NCBI GenBank assembly: GCA_044372935.1
Contig: JBILQZ010000001.1
Location: 1 to 61,331 of the forward strand
Source: Sediminibacterium sp.
GTDB taxonomy: Bacteria > Bacteroidota > Bacteroidia > Chitinophagales > Chitinophagaceae
Reading direction: 5' to 3'
Length of the DNA stretch: 61,331 nt
Part shown: positions 20,892 to 30,639 of the stretch, one piece after another
Position numbering within the stretch: position 1 is the first letter of the stretch
Layout: every line of letters begins with the position of its first letter
The notes under the pieces: generated by a model
Seen by the model: the letters and a program-made list of their open reading frames with translations, nothing else
The model's database searches: none
Told to the model about the DNA's origin: nothing
Made by a program: the position numbers and the translations under genes

Positions 20892-21131
20892 CTATGCTTT
20901 TTTGAAAAGCGCATAAATTTCGACAATAAAACCTGCAATAATGAAAAGCGGTGCAAGTGTAATTCGTCTGAAACTGTATACCTCGTTTTCGTTAAATACG
21001 TTAGGGTCTGCGCTTTTTCCACCAGACATCAATAACATGCCTGCAATGATTAAAACGGCACCGATGATCATCCAGGTGTAATTGGATTTACCAAATAGGT
21101 CTAAAGATCTTTTTGTATTTTTCTGACTCAT
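20892..21131 (-). CDS. DUF3098 small membrane protein
   Basis: FGKSNY...LMSGG...FRRITLAP; usual position after ftsX in Bacteroidota. Confidence 0.85.
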   Translation of the reverse strand: MSQKNTKRSLDLFGKSNYTWMIIGAVLIIAGMLLMSGGKSADPNVFNENEVYSFRRITLAPLFIIAGFIVEIYALFKKA

Positions 21132-21141
21132 AATAAGTGGA

Positions 21142-22017
21142 TTAATAAAGTTCGTCTAATTTCATTTTTAAATATTTCACTACGCTACGGTAGGTGCTTA
21201 ATACAGAGATGCCAACACCGATCAGGATAAGGCCACCGAATAAAAGTATACTGCTACCAATGCCTTGTAAAGTGGCTAATTGAGGGAACTGTGCGCTTGC
21301 CCATTGGATTAAACCAAATAATAAAAAGATGGCAATTAGGGCGCTGATCAGTCCGTTCAATAAAGCGCGGATCACCAGAGGTTTAGAAATGAAGCCTCTA
21401 GTTGCACCTACCATTTGCATGGTTTTAATTAAAAAACGATTGCTAAACATCGCCAAACGAATGGTGTTGTCAATACTGATAATAACGATCGTGCATAAAA
21501 TAACAGAGAACACTAAAAAGATCAAACCTACTTTAGTGGCACGTTCATTTAAACTAGTGACTAAACTTTTTGGATATTGAATATCAGCCACATCATTTTT
21601 GAAAGTGTTGGCGATACTAGCACTAATCACTGCTAAACTATCTGGATTAACATAATCTGCTTTCGCAAAAAAATCGATGCTTTCTGGTAATGGATTGACA
21701 TCTAAAATCTTAGACCAATCCTCATTATTTTCTTTATTCCAAATGCTTTTTGCTTTTTCCTTGTCTACATATTCAACGTTCTTGGCATAAGGGGCAGCAG
21801 CAATAAAGGATTGAATTTTGCCCACCGTATTTTTGTCTGCAGTCCTTAAATAAACGCTAATTCTGATGTCTTCTTTAAAATTATCTCCAATTGCATGAAG
21901 GTTCAAGAAAAACCAACCCATAATGCCCATAATAAACAACACAATGGCTACGCCGACAATACTGTAGATATAGTTTGGTTTGCTTCTCTTTAAAGATCCA
22001 TTTCCGGATACTGCCAT
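21142..22017 (-). CDS. ftsX: Cell division permease FtsX
   Basis: NPLPES, IDNTIRL, IKTMQMVGAT. Confidence 0.93.
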   Translation of the reverse strand: MAVSGNGSLKRSKPNYIYSIVGVAIVLFIMGIMGWFFLNLHAIGDNFKEDIRISVYLRTADKNTVGKIQSFIAAAPYAKNVEYVDKEKAKSIWNKENNEDWSKILDVNPLPESIDFFAKADYVNPDSLAVISASIANTFKNDVADIQYPKSLVTSLNERATKVGLIFLVFSVILCTIVIISIDNTIRLAMFSNRFLIKTMQMVGATRGFISKPLVIRALLNGLISALIAIFLLFGLIQWASAQFPQLATLQGIGSSILLFGGLILIGVGISVLSTYRSVVKYLKMKLDELY

Positions 22018-22043
22018 AGCATTAAAATTTTACTTGTTCGCTC

Positions 22044-22084
22044 TGCAAATGTAGGGTTTTGAACGCTAAAGACTTACATTTGCA
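22044..22084. promoter_or_regulatory. Back-to-back -7 boxes (TACATTTG on each strand) for ftsX and leuS
   Basis: TGCAAATGTA (22044-22053) and TACATTTGCA (22075-22084) form a perfect 10 bp inverted repeat. Confidence 0.65.
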
Positions 22085-22182
22085 TAGGTTGAATTATGCC
22101 CTTTTTTTGTTAAAAATAGGGGGTATACAGGGCCAATAGTTTCAAAACCGAATTTTTATAGATTTTTAAGAAAACTTAGCAG

Positions 22183-24933
22183 ATGGAGTATCAATTTAGG
22201 ACGATCGAAAAAAAATGGCAAACGAGCTGGAAAAATCAAAAAGCATATCAGGTTCCGAATCAAAGCAATAAACCTAAATGTTATGTGCTTGATATGTTTC
22301 CTTATCCAAGTGGAGCAGGTTTGCATGTGGGACATCCTTTAGGCTACATCGCTTCTGATATTTACAGTAGGTATAAAAGATTACAAGGTTTCAATGTCTT
22401 ACATCCAATGGGCTATGATGCTTTTGGGTTACCTGCAGAGCAGTACGCAATTGAACATGGCGTTCATCCGGCTAAGAGTACCCATGGTAATATTGATAAT
22501 TTTAGAAGTCAATTAGATAATATTGGATTTTGTTATGATTGGGATAGAGAAGTAAGAACCTGTGATGCCACTTATTACAAATGGACACAGTGGATTTTTT
22601 TACAATTGTTCAATAGTTATTTTGATAGGCAGTTGCAAAAAGCAAATCCAATCACTGCATTGGTAGCTGCTTTTGAAAAAGAAGGCAATCTGCATCATGT
22701 ATGTCCAGCGGATGCGAACTTGCAATTCACTGCATCGGATTGGAAAACATGGGACGAAAAAGCACAACAAGATGTGTTGATGCAATATCGATTGGCTTTT
22801 TGTGGTTTTGGTGAAGTCAATTGGTGTGCTGCATTAGGTACCGTATTAGCAAATGACGAAGTGATTAATGGTTTTAGTGAAAGAGGCGGTCATCCCGTTG
22901 AAAAGAAGAAGTTGCGTCAATGGTATTTACGTATTACCGAATATGCAGATCGATTATTAACTGGATTAGACACGATACAGTTTAGCGATGCTATGAAAGA
23001 GATGCAGTCTAATTGGATTGGAAAAAGCTATGGCGCTGAAATTGATTTTAAAGTGGCCGATCATCAAGCTACTTTAACTGTATATACGACAAGGCCTGAT
23101 ACCGTTTTTGGCGTAGACTTTTTAGTAGTCGCACCAGAGCATGAGTTGATCCACGAGATTACTCCTGCATCCCATCAAAAAGAAGTAGCCGATTATATTG
23201 CTTATGTAAAAAGCAGAAGTGAACGTGAGCGTATTGCAGAGAAAAAAATTACTGGATGTTTCACCGGCGCATACGTAGTGAATCCATTCAATCAACAACG
23301 CATTCCAATTTGGATTTCTGAATATGTATTGGCTGGTTATGGCACTGGTGCAATCATGGCCGTGCCTTGTGGAGACGATCGTGACTTTAAATTTGCACAA
23401 CATTTTAATATTCCAATTACCAATATCATTGGTGACGCATTTGACGGCACTACAGCCAATCCAACCAAGGAAGCTATTTTAACCAATAGTGATTTCTTAA
23501 ATGGGGTGGTTCAAAAAGACGCCATTCAAATAGTGAATGACAAATTGGAAGCAATGGGTATTGGCAAAAAGAAAGTGAATTTCCGTATGCGCGATGCTGC
23601 TTTTAGTAGACAAAGGTATTGGGGTGAGCCATTTCCTATTCAATGGAAAAATGGCATTGCTTATCCTTTAGCAGAAACAGATTTGCCTTTGTTATTGCCT
23701 ACTGTAGAAAACTATGGTCCAGGTCCAGATGGGGAAGGCCCATTAGCGAATATTGAAGATTGGAAAGCCAATCATTTTGAAACCAATACCATGCCTGGTT
23801 ATGCAGGAAGCAGTTGGTATTTTTTAAGGTATATGGATCCTCATAATACCGATGCTTTTTGTGATAGAAAAGTGAGTGACTATTGGGGACAGGTAGATTT
23901 ATACATTGGCGGAACAGAACATGCAGTGGGACATTTATTGTATAGCAGGATGTGGACCAAAGCTTTATTTGATTTAGGTCATATTGGCTTTGATGAACCA
24001 TTCAAAAAATTATTGAACCAAGGAATGATCCAAGGTAGTTCTCGTTTTGTATACCGTAAAAGAGGTACACAGGTTTTTGTTTCTGCAGGTTTGGCGAAAA
24101 CAATGGAAGTAGATCAATTGCATGTAGATGTAAACATAGTAGATGGCGTTGAATTAGATACTGCAGCTTTCAAAAAATGGAAGCCCGATTATGCCAATGC
24201 GACTTTTGAATTAGAAGATGGAAAATACATTTGCGGGGTAGAGGTGGAGAAGATGTCCAAGTCAAAGTTCAATACAGTGAATCCAGATGACTTAGTAGAT
24301 AAATATGGTGCAGATACATTTAGAATGTATGAAATGTTTTTGGGTCCTGTGGAGCAAAGTAAACCTTGGGATACAAAAGGGATTGAAGGCGTGCATCGCT
24401 TTTTGAAAAAGTTATGGAGGTTATTTTATGACGAGCAGAAGGGCAAACTTTGGGTTGATGAAAAAGCGACTCCTGAGGAATTAAAAGTATTGCATAAGAC
24501 GATCAAGAAAATTGAGGAAGATACCGAAAGACATAGCTTCAATACGGCGGTAAGTAGTTTTATGATTTGTGTGAATGAATTGTTTGACCTAGGCTGTCAT
24601 AAAAAAGAAGTCTTAGAGCAGGTTTTAGTTTTACTAACCCCCTATGCGCCACATATTAGTGAGGAATTATGGTCCTTATTAGGTAACCAAGGCTTAGTGA
24701 TTGACGCAAGCTTCCCGGTATTTGATGCCCAATATGTCACTGAAACTTCAAAAGAATACCCAGTGAGTATCAATGGAAAAGTAAGAACCAATATCCCTAT
24801 TGCCCTGGATGCTTCAGAGGCGCAGGTACATGAAATTGTCCTGAGCAATGAATTGGTACAAAAATGGATGGAAGGAAAACCAATAAAAAAACTCATATTC
24901 GTAAAAGGTAAAATGATCAATGTGGTGATCTAA
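22183..24933 (+). CDS. leuS: Leucine--tRNA ligase
   Basis: MFPYPSGAGLHVGH (HIGH), TTRPDT editing domain, KMSKS. Confidence 0.99.
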   Translation: MEYQFRTIEKKWQTSWKNQKAYQVPNQSNKPKCYVLDMFPYPSGAGLHVGHPLGYIASDIYSRYKRLQGFNVLHPMGYDAFGLPAEQYAIEHGVHPAKSTHGNIDNFRSQLDNIGFCYDWDREVRTCDATYYKWTQWIFLQLFNSYFDRQLQKANPITALVAAFEKEGNLHHVCPADANLQFTASDWKTWDEKAQQDVLMQYRLAFCGFGEVNWCAALGTVLANDEVINGFSERGGHPVEKKKLRQWYLRITEYADRLLTGLDTIQFSDAMKEMQSNWIGKSYGAEIDFKVADHQATLTVYTTRPDTVFGVDFLVVAPEHELIHEITPASHQKEVADYIAYVKSRSERERIAEKKITGCFTGAYVVNPFNQQRIPIWISEYVLAGYGTGAIMAVPCGDDRDFKFAQHFNIPITNIIGDAFDGTTANPTKEAILTNSDFLNGVVQKDAIQIVNDKLEAMGIGKKKVNFRMRDAAFSRQRYWGEPFPIQWKNGIAYPLAETDLPLLLPTVENYGPGPDGEGPLANIEDWKANHFETNTMPGYAGSSWYFLRYMDPHNTDAFCDRKVSDYWGQVDLYIGGTEHAVGHLLYSRMWTKALFDLGHIGFDEPFKKLLNQGMIQGSSRFVYRKRGTQVFVSAGLAKTMEVDQLHVDVNIVDGVELDTAAFKKWKPDYANATFELEDGKYICGVEVEKMSKSKFNTVNPDDLVDKYGADTFRMYEMFLGPVEQSKPWDTKGIEGVHRFLKKLWRLFYDEQKGKLWVDEKATPEELKVLHKTIKKIEEDTERHSFNTAVSSFMICVNELFDLGCHKKEVLEQVLVLLTPYAPHISEELWSLLGNQGLVIDASFPVFDAQYVTETSKEYPVSINGKVRTNIPIALDASEAQVHEIVLSNELVQKWMEGKPIKKLIFVKGKMINVVI

Positions 24934-24950
24934 TCCGCAAAATAAATACT

Positions 24951-27050
24951 ATGAAAAAAACAATCTTTATTTCAGCTATTTTGTCTTTGCTTTCTTTATC
25001 AAGTATAGCACAAATGGCGCCTAATGGTATGCCTCGTTTTATTAAATGGGTAGACAATACACAAATGGTATTGAATACTAAAAGAGGAGAAGATGCAAGT
25101 CCTAAAAATTACATCTACAATGTAGTGACCAAGCAGTATACTGTTGCGCCTGCAGACGCCGTACCTACTGAAAAATCAGTGCTTATTAAGAAAGGTGATT
25201 TGTTTTTAAAAGACAATGGAACCGAAGTTCAATTGACATTTGATAAGGCAGAAGAAAAAAATCCTACTTTATCTCCAGACGGGAATTATGTAGGCTATAC
25301 AAAGAACAATAATTTATATACCTTATCCTTGGCGACTAAAAAGGAAGTAGCGATTACCAACGATGGTGCAACGGGCATTTTGAATGGTTATGCTAGCTGG
25401 GTTTATTTTGAAGAAATATTTGGACGTCCTACACAGTATCGTGCATTTTGGTGGAGTCCAGATAGTAAATATATTTCCTTCATGCGTTTTGACGAGCGCA
25501 AAGTGCCTATGTTCCCTATCTATAATAGCGATGGTCAGCATGGATTTGTAGAAGAGACAAGGTATCCAAAAGCGGGAGATCAAAACCCCACTGTAAAAAT
25601 TGGTTGGACGACACCTGAAGGGGGTGCAATTACTTGGGCAGATTTTAATGATCAGGAAGATCAATATTTTGGATGGCCTATCTGGAATCCAAACAACAAT
25701 AGTATGTGGTTAAGTTGGATGGATCGTGGTCAAAATAACTTAAAGATCTATGAATTGGACATGGCTACTGGCAGTAAAAAACCAGTGTATGCTGAATACC
25801 AAAAAACATGGATCGATTTAGAAGACAGAACAGGAGGTAGGATTAATTTCATCCCTAATAATAAAGGATACATTGCACAGTCTGATGCGAGTGGTTGGAA
25901 TCAATTGTATATGCATGACATGGGCGGTAAATTACTTTACCCAATTACTGCTGGAAAATTTACAGTTTTAGGGATTCGTCAAATTGATGAAAAGAATAAA
26001 ACAATTTATTTTACTGCAAGAGGTATTGAAAGTTCAGCAAGAATAGATTTGTATTCTATTGGGTTTGATGGTAAAAATCAAAAAAGATTAACGGTGGGTG
26101 ATTTTAATAATGCTCAAGTTTATTTAGCACCCGATGCGAAGCATTTTGTAACGGTGTATAGTAATGTTCAAACGCCAACTTCTATTGCAGTAATCAATTC
26201 GCAAAAGAAAACAGTGGAAGTATTAGGCAGTTCAGCTACTGCTAATAATGATCCAAGCAAATTGGCAAAGACCGAATTGATTCGCATTAAAAGTGCGGAC
26301 GGTTTATTTGAATTGCCAGCTATGGTGACTTGGCCTAAAAATATGGATCCAAATAAAAAGTATCCATTGTTAGTGAGTATTTATGGCGGACCAAATGCAG
26401 GAACCGTAATGGATAGTTGGTCTTCTAACCCCACCAAAGAAGCTTGGGCAGAAGAAGGCTTGATTCAAGTAGCATTCGACCATAGAGCGAGTGGACATTT
26501 TGGTAAAGAAGGCGTAAACTATATGTACCGTAACCTTGGCTATTGGGAAATGCAAGATTATATGACCATGGCAAAATGGTTTATTGCCAATGGGCAAGCA
26601 GATCCTACTAAAATTGCGATCACTGGATTTAGTTATGGTGGTTACATGAGTTGTTATGCGTTGACTTATGGCTCATCTGTATTTACACATGCAATGGCGG
26701 GCGGAAGTGTCACTGCATGGGAATTGTATGATTCACATTATACAGAAAGATTCATGGATACGCCAGCAGAAAATCCAGAAGGATATAAGTCTGGTAATGT
26801 CATGACACATATCAAAAACTTTAAAGGAGTATTGCAATTAGTCCATGGCACGATGGATGACAATGTGCATATGCAAAACTCTATTCAATTATTAAGTGCT
26901 TTGCAAGACCAAGGAAAGTCAGTTGAATTCATGTTATATCCTGGTGGACGTCATGGATGGGGTGGTGCAAAAGGCAAGCATTTTACTGATTTAAAGAATC
27001 AATTTATTTACAAACACTTATTGGAAAAGGCAATGCCTGCTTCAAAATAA
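24951..27050 (+). CDS. S9B dipeptidyl peptidase IV-family serine peptidase
   Basis: Signal peptide, WVYFEE, GFSYGG nucleophile, HGTMDDNVH, C-terminal His. Confidence 0.93.
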   Translation: MKKTIFISAILSLLSLSSIAQMAPNGMPRFIKWVDNTQMVLNTKRGEDASPKNYIYNVVTKQYTVAPADAVPTEKSVLIKKGDLFLKDNGTEVQLTFDKAEEKNPTLSPDGNYVGYTKNNNLYTLSLATKKEVAITNDGATGILNGYASWVYFEEIFGRPTQYRAFWWSPDSKYISFMRFDERKVPMFPIYNSDGQHGFVEETRYPKAGDQNPTVKIGWTTPEGGAITWADFNDQEDQYFGWPIWNPNNNSMWLSWMDRGQNNLKIYELDMATGSKKPVYAEYQKTWIDLEDRTGGRINFIPNNKGYIAQSDASGWNQLYMHDMGGKLLYPITAGKFTVLGIRQIDEKNKTIYFTARGIESSARIDLYSIGFDGKNQKRLTVGDFNNAQVYLAPDAKHFVTVYSNVQTPTSIAVINSQKKTVEVLGSSATANNDPSKLAKTELIRIKSADGLFELPAMVTWPKNMDPNKKYPLLVSIYGGPNAGTVMDSWSSNPTKEAWAEEGLIQVAFDHRASGHFGKEGVNYMYRNLGYWEMQDYMTMAKWFIANGQADPTKIAITGFSYGGYMSCYALTYGSSVFTHAMAGGSVTAWELYDSHYTERFMDTPAENPEGYKSGNVMTHIKNFKGVLQLVHGTMDDNVHMQNSIQLLSALQDQGKSVEFMLYPGGRHGWGGAKGKHFTDLKNQFIYKHLLEKAMPASK

Positions 27051-27058
27051 TTTAATCG

Positions 27059-28096
27059 ATGTCAAACCCAAACTTGGATAGACCATTTCAAAATATACAA
27101 CCTCAGGACAAAGAGTTTGAAAATACAATTCGTCCTGCAGCGATGGACGCTTTTGCAGGTCAGCCACAGTTGATAGAAAATATTAGCATTTTTATCAAAG
27201 CTGCTAAGCTTAGGGGAGAGGCATTGGATCATATCTTGTTTCATGGCCCTCCTGGTTTAGGTAAAACGACTTTAAGTCGAATTGTAGCCAATGAGATGGG
27301 GGTGCAGATTAAAGAAACTTCTGGTCCTGTCATCGAAAAGCCAAGCGATTTGGCTGGTTTGCTGACAAGCTTAGAGCCCAATGATGTGTTGTTTATTGAT
27401 GAGATACATCGATTGAGTACCGTGGTAGAAGAGTATTTGTATGCTGCTATGGAAGATTATAAAATTGACATATTAATTGATAGTGGACCAAATGCAAGAA
27501 CCGTACAAATTAATTTAAATCCATTCACCTTGGTGGGTGCAACCACTAGAAGTGGTTTATTGACTGCGCCTTTGTTGTCTCGTTTTGGTATCAAATCAAG
27601 GTTGGAATATTATCCTGCAAACGTCTTACAGAAAATCATTGAAAGAAGTGCAGGCATCTTAGAAGTTAAGGTAGATTCAAGTGCAGCAGGCGAGATCGCA
27701 AGACGAAGTAGAGGCACGCCAAGAATAGCGAATGGTTTATTAAGAAGGGTACGCGATTTTGCTCAAGTGCTGAATGACGGCAAAGTAGATTTAGGTATTA
27801 CACAACATGCTTTAAAAGCTTTGAATGTAGATGAGCATGGCTTAGACGAAATGGACAATCGTATTTTATTGGCTATCATCGAAAAATTCAAAGGAGGGCC
27901 TGTTGGTATTACGACGATTGCAACTGCGGTGGGCGAAGAGGCTGGCACGATCGAAGAAGTATATGAACCATTTTTAATTCAAGAAGGATTCCTGCAAAGA
28001 ACACCAAGGGGTAGGGAAGTGACTTATAAAGCCTATGAACACCTTGGGAAGGCTAAAGGACAAGGCTTTGGTGACAATCCAGAACTTTTTAGATAA
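27059..28096 (+). CDS. ruvB: Holliday junction helicase RuvB
   Basis: [32 protein letters not shown]. Confidence 0.99.
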   Translation: MSNPNLDRPFQNIQPQDKEFENTIRPAAMDAFAGQPQLIENISIFIKAAKLRGEALDHILFHGPPGLGKTTLSRIVANEMGVQIKETSGPVIEKPSDLAGLLTSLEPNDVLFIDEIHRLSTVVEEYLYAAMEDYKIDILIDSGPNARTVQINLNPFTLVGATTRSGLLTAPLLSRFGIKSRLEYYPANVLQKIIERSAGILEVKVDSSAAGEIARRSRGTPRIANGLLRRVRDFAQVLNDGKVDLGITQHALKALNVDEHGLDEMDNRILLAIIEKFKGGPVGITTIATAVGEEAGTIEEVYEPFLIQEGFLQRTPRGREVTYKAYEHLGKAKGQGFGDNPELFR

Positions 28097-28097
28097 T

Positions 28098-28127
28098 AAA
28101 AAAGCCTCCGAATCGGAGGCTTTTTTT
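28098..28127. terminator. Bidirectional terminator between ruvB and the response regulator
   Basis: AAAAAAGCCTCCG-AAT-CGGAGGCTTTTTTT. Confidence 0.9.
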
Positions 28128-28144
28128 GAAATCGTTTTTATTTT

Positions 28145-28843
28145 TTATTGCACTACTAATCTAAATCCATTCCCGTGAATATTCACGATTTCAATAGTGG
28201 CATCTTCTTTTAAATATTTTCTCAATTTTGCAATGTATACGTCCATGCTTCTTCCATTAAAGTAAGTATCACTGCCCCATATTTTCTTTAAAGCTTTTTC
28301 TCTCGTTAATAAATCATTTTTATGCTCAGCAAGCATTTTCAATAATTCATTTTCTTTTGGAGAAAGAATTTGAGTATTTTCTTTGAATTTTAATTCCCTC
28401 AATTTTGGATTAAAATGGTAAGCGCCTAGTTCAAATTCTAAATTGTCGGTTACTTTATTGTCTTCCTCGTTGCGTTTTATAATTGCTTTGATTTTGTGCA
28501 TCAATACATCGCTGTCAAAGGGCTTAGTGATATAATCATCTGCTCCAAGTCTATAGCCATGCAAAATATCTTCTTTTAATGTTTTAGCACTTAAAAAGAA
28601 CAAAGGCACATCTGGATCAATATCTCTAATTTCTTCTGCTAAAGTAAATCCATCTACATTCGGCATCATCACGTCCAATAAACAAAGGTCAAATTTTTCA
28701 CGTTGAAAGGCACCTAAGCCTAATCTGCCATCTCTTTCTAAAGTGACTTCGTATTCGTTTAATTCTAAATAATTTTTTAATACCAATCCTAGATTGCTAT
28801 CATCTTCGCATAAAAGGATCTTATACTTCTTCTTGTCTTCCAT
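28145..28843 (-). CDS. OmpR-family response regulator (RprY-like); no adjacent kinase
   Basis: EDD, LDVMMP, GADDYITKPF, RSMDVYIAKLRKYL, HGNGFRL. Confidence 0.92.
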   Translation of the reverse strand: MEDKKKYKILLCEDDSNLGLVLKNYLELNEYEVTLERDGRLGLGAFQREKFDLCLLDVMMPNVDGFTLAEEIRDIDPDVPLFFLSAKTLKEDILHGYRLGADDYITKPFDSDVLMHKIKAIIKRNEEDNKVTDNLEFELGAYHFNPKLRELKFKENTQILSPKENELLKMLAEHKNDLLTREKALKKIWGSDTYFNGRSMDVYIAKLRKYLKEDATIEIVNIHGNGFRLVVQ

Positions 28844-28922
28844 AATTGATTGCTTTGTGTAAAGAAACACATTTTAATTTTTAACCTATAAAATGAGTTT
28901 CCAATCTTTTGTTAAAATATAC

Positions 28923-30635
28923 CTATTGCTTCGTACTTGTACAAAGGTCGCAAATTCCGCAGGTTTGAGGGGCTTTTTCACCAAAATATTCGGCCAAAAA
29001 TACATTTCTACATTGAATTGTTCGCTTTGCTAAATAATCCCTCATGGCATGGATGCGGTCTTCAAATGCCAACTTTCTTGCTTGGTATTGATCTAGGTTC
29101 AGGGTCATATATTCAGCAGAAGCCCTATTCCATTTAAATTGAACAATGGGTTGGTTGGCTTTTTGTTCTAAGGAAATCATGCCATACTGTTGTAATTGTT
29201 TCAATTCCGATTGCACAAATGCAGTATCTCTTTGTAATAAATTTGCAAGCACCCCTTCATTTATAAATTGTGGACTATCTAAAATGCCACCATAAGTTCT
29301 TAATAAGGTTTGCAAAACAAATCCACTAGTGGGGTATTGCTTTTCGAACAGTTGAATACTAATTCTATTTTCAATTACTTGCACCAGGGTTGGCTTAAAA
29401 GAACTAGGGGAAAATTTCACATGTCCTTCTTGCTCTATCCATTGTAAAGCATTTCTTGCAATGATTTTATCCCATTTGAACTGTACACAAAAGGAGTCAA
29501 AGTCAAATAAAAATTGTTGGAGTTCGCCCATGCCAACAGGCAATTGTACAAAGTCAGCAAGGTCTTGAAAAACTTTCTTGATCACAGGGATAGGTGGAAT
29601 CTTTTTTTCTTGTAATTGATTCCAGTAATCTAAATCGTTTTGTTGATAGAGTAGGATGGCTTTTGCAGGCTGTCCATCTCTTCCTGCTCTTCCGGCCTCC
29701 TGGTAATATTGTTCTATGCTGCCTGGAATATCAAAATGCATCACGGCACGGACATTTGTTTTATTGATACCCATGCCAAATGCACTGGTAGCAACCATGA
29801 CCTGTATTTGGTCCTGCATCCATTGTTCCTGAGCGTATTTTCTTTCGGCTAATTCCATACCAGCATGGTAGCCTGCTACAGAAAATCCATAGCTCGTTAA
29901 CATGGTGGTAAGCTGCGCTACATTGTTTCTTGTATTGCAATAAATGATGACGGAGCCAGCAATGTCTTTTAGTAAATTCTTAAGTACAAATAATTTCACC
30001 GATTCCTTTCGCACTTCGTAGCTTAGGTTAGGTCGCAAAAATTGATCCGTAATTAAATTTGCATTTGGTACGCCCAATTGTTTTAGCATATCCTGTTGCA
30101 CCAATGGAATGGCAGACGCAGTCATTGCTAAAATTGGAATCGCAGGGAAAGTCTTTTTTAGAAAATCCAATTTTCGATAGCTTGGTCTAAAATCATAGCC
30201 CCATTGAGAGATACAATGTGCTTCATCTATAGCGAACAATTGAATAGGTAAACCACTCAATAAGGTTTGAAAATGTTTTTGCGCTAGTTTTTCTGGGGAA
30301 CAATAAATGAACTGGTATTTTTTTGCTTCAATCTCTTTAAAGACAATGGATTCCTCGTATGCACTTAATTGACTCCCTACTAAAACTGCTTTTAATTGTT
30401 TTGAAACAAGGTCTTTCACTTGATCCTGCATCAAGGCAATTAAAGGACTGATGACTACACAGATGCCTCTCTGATAAATAGTAGGTACTTGAAAACAGAT
30501 GGATTTGCCTGCGCCAGTAGGAAGCAATGCAAGTGTATCCTTGCCTGAAAGGATCGATTCAATCACGGCCAATTGTTGTGGCCTGAAAGCGTCATAGTTC
30601 CAATGCTTTTTTAATATATTTTCTAAGGCTTTCAA
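28923..30635 (-). CDS. recQ: RecQ-family DNA helicase (no HRDC domain evident)
   Basis: PTGAGKS, DEAHCISQWGYDFRP, YYQEAGRAGRDG, C-terminal CR...CGICDLC zinc motif; TTG start. Confidence 0.92.
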   Translation of the reverse strand: MKALENILKKHWNYDAFRPQQLAVIESILSGKDTLALLPTGAGKSICFQVPTIYQRGICVVISPLIALMQDQVKDLVSKQLKAVLVGSQLSAYEESIVFKEIEAKKYQFIYCSPEKLAQKHFQTLLSGLPIQLFAIDEAHCISQWGYDFRPSYRKLDFLKKTFPAIPILAMTASAIPLVQQDMLKQLGVPNANLITDQFLRPNLSYEVRKESVKLFVLKNLLKDIAGSVIIYCNTRNNVAQLTTMLTSYGFSVAGYHAGMELAERKYAQEQWMQDQIQVMVATSAFGMGINKTNVRAVMHFDIPGSIEQYYQEAGRAGRDGQPAKAILLYQQNDLDYWNQLQEKKIPPIPVIKKVFQDLADFVQLPVGMGELQQFLFDFDSFCVQFKWDKIIARNALQWIEQEGHVKFSPSSFKPTLVQVIENRISIQLFEKQYPTSGFVLQTLLRTYGGILDSPQFINEGVLANLLQRDTAFVQSELKQLQQYGMISLEQKANQPIVQFKWNRASAEYMTLNLDQYQARKLAFEDRIHAMRDYLAKRTIQCRNVFLAEYFGEKAPQTCGICDLCTSTKQ

Positions 30636-30639
30636 AAAC

